In this document: one piece after another, positions 57,621-64,000 of the stretch
How the letters are laid out: each line of letters starts with the position of its first letter
Numbering within the stretch: the stretch's first letter is position 1
The notes under the pieces: generated by a model
The model's database searches: none
Told to the model about the DNA's origin: nothing
The model's input: the letters and a program-made list of their open reading frames with translations, nothing else
Translations under genes and position numbers: made by a program
Source of the DNA: an uncultured Blautia sp.
Lineage (GTDB): Bacteria > Bacillota > Clostridia > Lachnospirales > Lachnospiraceae
DNA: 64,000 nucleotides
Direction: 5' to 3'
Assembly: GCA_963927715.1 (NCBI GenBank)
Contig: CAWVBU010000002.1
Location: forward strand, 515,550-579,549

Positions 57621-58658
57621 ATGAAACAAACGCGAAAAAAATGGATGCTGGCCCTGTCCATCCCCGTCTGTCTGCTGCTGATCTATCTCTGTACGGTGAT
57701 GGGCGCGGCGGCGGTCACCTTTGACGAAGTGAATAAAATTCTGGCCCATGAGATTTTCCGGCTTCCGGTCTCCATGGACGGGATTTCCCAGGGAAGTATT
57801 GTGATCATCCGGGACGTGCGTCTGCCCAGAGTACTGCTTGGATTTCTGACCGGCGCTTCTCTTGCGGTCTGCGGCGCCTGCTACCAGGGAATTTTCAAAA
57901 ATCCCATGGCGGATCCCTACATTCTGGGAATTTCTTCCGGCGCGGCGCTGGGAGCGGCGGTGGGGATTGTACTGCGCTTCACCGGCAAAGTTTCAGGGCT
58001 GTCGGGGACGACGTTTCTGGCTTTCGCAGGCGCCCTTCTGACGGTATTCGTGGTTTATACCATTTCCAGGGTCGGTTCCAGGGTTCCGGTTTCCAGCCTG
58101 CTGCTGTCTGGAATTGCCATGAGTCAGAGCCTCTCCGCGTTCATGTCGCTGCTGATGCTTTTCAACCAGCAGAGCATGGATCAGATTATGTTCTGGACTA
58201 TGGGAAGCCTGAACGGAAAAGGATGGAATCAGATTCTGGGGATCCTCCCCTATACCGCGGCGGGAATCGTACTGCTTCTGACCTGTGCCAGGGAACTGGA
58301 CATCATGCTCATGGGAGAGGACACGGCCATCCAACTGGGGGTGAATGTGGAGCTGGTTAAGAAGAAAGTTCTGATTGTCTCCAGCATTGTCACGGCTTCT
58401 GTGGTTTCCGCCGCAGGGATCATCGGTTTTGTGGGACTGCTGGTTCCCCATGTGGTGCGGCTGTTCACCGGGCCGAAGCATCGGATTCTGATGCCCGTTT
58501 CGCTGATTTTCGGCGGTACTTTTCTGATTCTGTGCGACACCTTTGCCAGAAGTGTTGTCACCCAGGAGATTCCGGTGGGAATCGTCACCGCGGCCTGCGG
58601 AGGACCCTTTTTCCTCTATCTGCTGTGGAAATCCAGAAAAGGAGGGGCGGTATCATGA
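57621..58658 (+). CDS. FecCD/BtuC family ABC permease
   Basis: RLPRVL, NPMADPYILGISSGAALG, FWTMGSL, AIQLGV, IGFVGLLVPH, IPVGIVTA. Confidence 0.93.
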   Translation: MKQTRKKWMLALSIPVCLLLIYLCTVMGAAAVTFDEVNKILAHEIFRLPVSMDGISQGSIVIIRDVRLPRVLLGFLTGASLAVCGACYQGIFKNPMADPYILGISSGAALGAAVGIVLRFTGKVSGLSGTTFLAFAGALLTVFVVYTISRVGSRVPVSSLLLSGIAMSQSLSAFMSLLMLFNQQSMDQIMFWTMGSLNGKGWNQILGILPYTAAGIVLLLTCARELDIMLMGEDTAIQLGVNVELVKKKVLIVSSIVTASVVSAAGIIGFVGLLVPHVVRLFTGPKHRILMPVSLIFGGTFLILCDTFARSVVTQEIPVGIVTAACGGPFFLYLLWKSRKGGAVS

Positions 58659-59944
58659 GCGAAAAAATACTGGAGATCCAGGATGTGACTGCCGGATACG
58701 GAGAGAAAAAAGTGTTGTCCGGAATCTGTTTTTCCATGGAGCGGGGAGAGTTTGCCGCTCTGATCGGTTCCAATGGGGCGGGAAAATCCACGCTGCTTAA
58801 AAGCATCTGCGGTCTTCTTTCTCTCGACGGCGGAAAGATCGTGGTCTGCGGGAAGGAGACCCAACGGCTGAAAGCCAGGGAACGGGCCCGCCTGGTGGCA
58901 GTGGTCCCCCAGTCTTATTCGGTGGAATATGCCTTCACAGTGGAAGACGTGGTGGCAATGGGCCGCTACCCTTATCAGAGTTTTGCGAAAAGGGATTGGG
59001 AGAGAGATGCCCGGGCCGTCCAGCAGGCGATGGAAATCACGAACACGCTGGAATTCCGGGACCGGCTGTATCAGGAACTCAGCGGCGGTGAAAAGCAGCG
59101 GGTGGTGCTTGCCCGGGCCCTTGCCCAGGAACCGGAGATCATTCTGCTGGATGAGCCGACTTCCGCTCTGGATCTGCGCCATCAGACAGAGGTCATGGAA
59201 CTGATTACCCGGCTGAACCGGGAACGGCAGATGACGGTGCTTGCAGTTCTGCATGATGTAAATATGGCGGCCCGTTACTGCGGGCGCATTCTGCTTCTGA
59301 AACAGGGAAAGGTCGCGGCGGATGGTTCGCCGGCGGAAGTGGTTACCAAGAAAAACATGGAGTCTCTGTATCAGATGAAGCTGCTGATCCGGGAGAATCC
59401 GCTGTTTCACAGACCGGAGATTCTGCCGGTCCGGGTCACGCGGGAAAAACCTGCCGGCGTTCCCATGCGGATTCATGTCATCTGCGGAGGAGACGGGGCG
59501 GTGAAAATTCTCGAAGAACTGGAAGACCGTGGTTACCGGCTCAGCGCCGGTGTGGTGAATGAGGGCAGCGACGACTGTGAGATCTGCAGAGCTTTGCGGA
59601 TTCCCCATGTGGAGATTCCGCCGTTTACACCGGTGACCTCCCAGGCCCAGGAAAAGAATCTGGAGATGATGCGCGACGCCCAGGTGATTCTGGTATCGGA
59701 TCTGCCGTTTGGAGAAAATAACCTGTCCAATCTGGATGGGCTGGAACAGGTGAGCGGAAAAATCTGTTTTCACAAAAACGCGCTGAGCGGAGACTATACC
59801 AACGGAAAGCTGGTGAAGCGTCTGGAGGAACTGGGAACGAAAAAGAAAATTTTTTATTTTGGTGATCATGACGAATTCCTGCGCAGGCTGGAAGAGATCA
59901 CCCTGCAGGAAGAAGAAAAGGGGGAAACCGTTCATGCGAATTGA
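58655..59944 (+). CDS. FepC/BtuD family ABC ATPase with ~170 aa C-terminal extension
   Basis: GSNGAGKST, LSGGEKQRV, LLDEPTSALD, LHDVN; extra domain RIHVICGGDG..SAGVVNEGSDD..IPPFTP. Confidence 0.9.
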   Translation: MSEKILEIQDVTAGYGEKKVLSGICFSMERGEFAALIGSNGAGKSTLLKSICGLLSLDGGKIVVCGKETQRLKARERARLVAVVPQSYSVEYAFTVEDVVAMGRYPYQSFAKRDWERDARAVQQAMEITNTLEFRDRLYQELSGGEKQRVVLARALAQEPEIILLDEPTSALDLRHQTEVMELITRLNRERQMTVLAVLHDVNMAARYCGRILLLKQGKVAADGSPAEVVTKKNMESLYQMKLLIRENPLFHRPEILPVRVTREKPAGVPMRIHVICGGDGAVKILEELEDRGYRLSAGVVNEGSDDCEICRALRIPHVEIPPFTPVTSQAQEKNLEMMRDAQVILVSDLPFGENNLSNLDGLEQVSGKICFHKNALSGDYTNGKLVKRLEELGTKKKIFYFGDHDEFLRRLEEITLQEEEKGETVHAN

Positions 59945-61052
59945 GATGCTTCCCACGGGAGATCCCGTGCATCGTTATCAGAAATGTATTGTCATTCCTT
60001 TTGCCGGAAAGCGAAGGGTGTTAAGCACCTGTTCTGTGAACGGCGGGTTCCGGGAGGATCTCACTGCCGTGTTCAACAATGATATCAATCCGGGAGCGGG
60101 GATGGAATGCCAGATGCTGGCACCGTCTTACGAGGAGCATCTGACACGGATGGCAGAACACCTGGGACTGGATCCGAAAACTGCCGCCGGCATGGCGACG
60201 GCGGCCAGCATGGAGAATGTTTCCATTCAAAAAGAGGCGTTTGGTGCGACGGAAGTGACCGCCGTGGTAACCGGCGGCATAGAGGTGAACGGAGGCCGTG
60301 TGGGAGATCCGGCAGACTGGGATGAGGCAGCCGGGGAGAAGGCTGTACCGAAAAGCGGAACGATCAACATCATTCTGAGCATCAGTACAGATCTGACGCC
60401 GGGGGCGCTTGCCCGTGCCCTGGTGACCTGTACAGAGGCCAAAACGGCGGCGCTGCAGGAGCTTCTGGCTGCCAGCAGATATTCCTCAGGGATTGCCACC
60501 GGGTCCGGAACCGACGGAACGATTGTCATCTGCAATGCAGAGTCGGACCTCTGCCTGACCAATGCCGGAAAACACAGCAAACTGGGAGAACTGATCGGAA
60601 AAGCGGTGAAATCCGCGGTAAAGGAGGCCCTGCGGCGGCAGAGCGGCCTGTCGCAGGAGGGACAGCACGATCTGCTTCGGCGGACGGAGCGTTTCGGCGT
60701 CACGGAACAGACTCTGTGGGAATGGTTCCAAAGACAGGAAGGCAGCAGTACCCGGGCAGATTTCGCGGAACAGCTGTATCAGCTTAGCCAGGATGGCGAA
60801 TGGATCACCGGCGTTTCCCTCTACGTGCATCTGATGGATCAGCTTCAATGGGGGCTTCTGTCTTCGGGGGAAGCCGTTTCCATGGGAAGAAAAATTCTCG
60901 GGCTTTTGCCGGGAAATACGGGGGAATTCCCTGCGCGGGAGATTTCTCCGGAACATGAACCGGCGGCAGAGCGGATGATCCGGGAGCTAAAGGCCGCCAT
61001 CTGCAGCAGGATGGCGGCCCGGGAGCAGAGAAACGGAGGAAGAGACCGATGA
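59934..61052 (+). CDS. cbiZ: Adenosylcobinamide amidohydrolase
   Basis: VLSTCSVNGG, GMATAASM, VTGGIEVNG, GTINII, ALVTCTEAKTAAL, ATGSGTDG, GKHSKLGELIG. Confidence 0.88.
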   Translation: MRIEMLPTGDPVHRYQKCIVIPFAGKRRVLSTCSVNGGFREDLTAVFNNDINPGAGMECQMLAPSYEEHLTRMAEHLGLDPKTAAGMATAASMENVSIQKEAFGATEVTAVVTGGIEVNGGRVGDPADWDEAAGEKAVPKSGTINIILSISTDLTPGALARALVTCTEAKTAALQELLAASRYSSGIATGSGTDGTIVICNAESDLCLTNAGKHSKLGELIGKAVKSAVKEALRRQSGLSQEGQHDLLRRTERFGVTEQTLWEWFQRQEGSSTRADFAEQLYQLSQDGEWITGVSLYVHLMDQLQWGLLSSGEAVSMGRKILGLLPGNTGEFPAREISPEHEPAAERMIRELKAAICSRMAAREQRNGGRDR

Positions 61053-62041
61053 AATGGATGCTCAATATGACGGACTGTTCCGGGGATGTGGAGCGATTTC
61101 GGGATGGAGCGGACGCGGCGGCTTATCTGAGACATCTGGGGTTCGACGGATTTGAGCTGATGCACCTGCCCGGGGGTGATCCCTCTTTTTTTCCGGAAGG
61201 CAGCGTCGGAGGAATTCATCTGAATTACTGGTATGACTGGCTGGATCTCTGGCTGGGAGAGGAGCAGGCACTGAAAGAGGAGTATGGTTCCCTGCAGGCG
61301 GCGGAGGAGATTTATGGAGCGCTGGACCGCTCCAGTATCTGCGGCAGTCTGGAAGAGGGGCTGGAACTGGCCCATGCCAGAAAGGTTCCCTATGTGGTGT
61401 TTCATGTCAGCAATGTGAAGAACAGTGAGATCTTCACCTATCGGTTCTCCCGCACCGACGAGGAAGTGGTGGATGCCGCGGCCCGGCTGGTCAATCATCT
61501 GCTGGACGGCAAACCTTATGAATTTGAGTTTCTCATGGAGAACCTCTGGTGGCCCGGACTGACTCTGACCCGGCCGGAGATTACCCGGCGCCTGCTGGAG
61601 CAGATCCATTATCCGGGGAAAGGGATTATGCTGGATACCGGTCATCTGATGCACACCAACCTGGAACTTCGCACCCAGGAGGAGGCGATCGATTATGTCC
61701 TGGAACAGGTTCAAAGACAGGAAGAACTTGCCGGTTATATTCGGGGAATTCATCTCAATCAGAGCCTGACGGGAGAATTTGTCAAGGAGTATCTGAGCCA
61801 TCCCCGGACGCTTCCGGAAGATTACCGGAAACGGGAGGAAATCAGTTATCCGCTGATTTTTCAGACAGACCGGCATCTGCCTTTTACCAGTTCGCGGACG
61901 GGAGAACTGCTGAAAACCATCCGGCCCAGATATCTGACTTTCGAGTTCATCACCTGTGACCGGCAGGAGCAGGAGGAGAAGGTTCTCCTGCAGAGGAAAG
62001 CGCTGGAAGAGGGCGGGATTTTCCGGGGCGGAAACATATAG
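61049..62041 (+). CDS. AP-endonuclease-2/xylose-isomerase-like TIM barrel, CbiR-like candidate
   Basis: GFE, GIHL, YVVFH, ENLWWPG, LDTGH, GIHL, DRH, TFE metal-ligand motifs; ATGA overlap with cbiZ stop. Confidence 0.75.
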   Translation: MKWMLNMTDCSGDVERFRDGADAAAYLRHLGFDGFELMHLPGGDPSFFPEGSVGGIHLNYWYDWLDLWLGEEQALKEEYGSLQAAEEIYGALDRSSICGSLEEGLELAHARKVPYVVFHVSNVKNSEIFTYRFSRTDEEVVDAAARLVNHLLDGKPYEFEFLMENLWWPGLTLTRPEITRRLLEQIHYPGKGIMLDTGHLMHTNLELRTQEEAIDYVLEQVQRQEELAGYIRGIHLNQSLTGEFVKEYLSHPRTLPEDYRKREEISYPLIFQTDRHLPFTSSRTGELLKTIRPRYLTFEFITCDRQEQEEKVLLQRKALEEGGIFRGGNI

Positions 62042-62085
62042 AAAACCGTACCGATAAAATCTCAAAACCGTATCAATAAAATCAC
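62042..62085 (+). repeat. Two imperfect 22-bp direct repeats
   Basis: AAAACCGTACCGATAAAATCTC / AAAACCGTATCAATAAAATCAC. Confidence 0.7.
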
Positions 62086-62093
62086 GAAAAGTC

Positions 62094-62122
62094 TTGACTT
62101 TACATAATCCCCATGCTATTAT
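62094..62122 (+). promoter_or_regulatory. rplU operon promoter
   Basis: TTGACT-17 nt-TATTAT with extended TG. Confidence 0.7.
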
Positions 62123-62128
62123 AATCAA

Positions 62129-62185
62129 GTATGCCGCACAAAGAGGTTTGAAGAGCCGAAAGGCCACCATATTTGGCGAGTAATG
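62129..62185 (+). ncRNA. L21 ribosomal protein leader (cis-regulatory)
   Basis: GCCGCAC..AGGT..ACC..TGGCGAG pattern directly upstream of rplU. Confidence 0.65.
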
Positions 62186-62202
62186 TTTATAGGAGGTGCC
62201 AT

Positions 62203-62508
62203 ATGTACGCAATTATTGCAACAGGTGGTAAACAGTACAAAGTATCCGAAGGCGATACCATTAAAGTAGAAAAACTTGGTGTGGAAGCTGGAGAGACTGT
62301 TACTTTCGACGACGTAATCGCAGTAAGCAATGACGGACTGAAAGTAGGCAGCGATGTGGCGAATGCCAGTGTTACCGCTTCTGTAGTTGAGAACGGCAAA
62401 GACAAAAAAATTGTCGTTTACAAATACAAAAGAAAAACTGGTTATCACAAGAAAAACGGTCACAGACAGCAGTACACGAAAGTGAAAATCGAAAAGATTA
62501 ACGCTTAA
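62203..62508 (+). CDS. rplU: 50S ribosomal protein L21
   Basis: [14 protein letters not shown]...GHRQQYT; RBS AGGAGG. Confidence 0.97.
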   Translation: MYAIIATGGKQYKVSEGDTIKVEKLGVEAGETVTFDDVIAVSNDGLKVGSDVANASVTASVVENGKDKKIVVYKYKRKTGYHKKNGHRQQYTKVKIEKINA

Positions 62509-62522
62509 TTTCTTCCGGAAAT

Positions 62523-62843
62523 ATGATTCGTGTCACAGTAAAAAAGAGAGAGAATTCTTACGTAAGCTTTCACTCCAAAGGACATGCAGGGTATGCGGAC
62601 TCCGGAAAGGATATCGTCTGTGCGGCGGTGTCCGCGCTGATCATCACGACGGTGAATTCCCTTGAGGCTTTCACGGAAGACGAGATCGATCTGGAAGAGA
62701 AGAGCGGAGAAGTTTTCTTCCGTTTCCGGAATTTAATCAGCGAGCGGGGGACGCTTCTGATGGATGCTTTGGTATTGGGTCTGAGTCAGATCCAGGAGAG
62801 CTGCGGCGGTAAGTATTTAGAGGTAATAACCAAGGAGGTGTAA
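62523..62843 (+). CDS. prp: Ribosomal-processing cysteine protease Prp (YsxB)
   Basis: KGHAGY..GKDIVCAAVS; between rplU and rpmA. Confidence 0.92.
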   Translation: MIRVTVKKRENSYVSFHSKGHAGYADSGKDIVCAAVSALIITTVNSLEAFTEDEIDLEEKSGEVFFRFRNLISERGTLLMDALVLGLSQIQESCGGKYLEVITKEV

Positions 62844-62846
62844 GCC

Positions 62847-64000
<1,154 letters not shown>

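Overview
Chromosomal window from a spore-forming, ~50-55% GC Clostridia genome; gene content and order point to Lachnospiraceae. 1-28.8 kb is mostly conserved core: U32 peptidase-ftsW/rodA-PBP, NUDIX, gerW/ytfJ, rpmB, asp23-DAK2-recG, SASP, mgsA-like-rsmD-coaD, ylbJ-like, pepD, M23, small alarmone synthetase, YgiQ radical SAM, rluA-lepB-recU and hisZGDB-(HisF-like)IE. 28.9-49.4 kb is an accessory block: MarR plus a MATE transporter running in frame into a DarA/PstA c-di-AMP receptor domain; a soluble cupin-PocR histidine kinase/AraC regulator in front of an AGCS transporter and an atypical SHMT with the 2-methylserine hydroxymethyltransferase signature; a secreted Ig/Fn3 protein with Asp-Trp tandem repeats; aldo-keto reductase, TraX, threonine aldolase, CoADR-rhodanese, a umuC-yolD SOS cassette and a ZMP/ZTP riboswitch-controlled formate/nitrite transporter. 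49.4-64 kb is the TIGR03960-TIGR03936-rng ... rplU-prp-rpmA-obgE core, interrupted by an MFS transporter, a four-domain flavodiiron protein and a btuFCD-cbiZ-(CbiR-like TIM barrel) corrinoid uptake/remodelling operon with no B12 riboswitch. Several single-base indels in short homopolymers (ylbJ-like, pepD, umuC) suggest local consensus errors or recent pseudogenisation, so frame-dependent claims need read-level checking. I found no tRNA, rRNA, CRISPR array, transposase or integrase. Family assignments come from motif recognition by eye; no searches were run.
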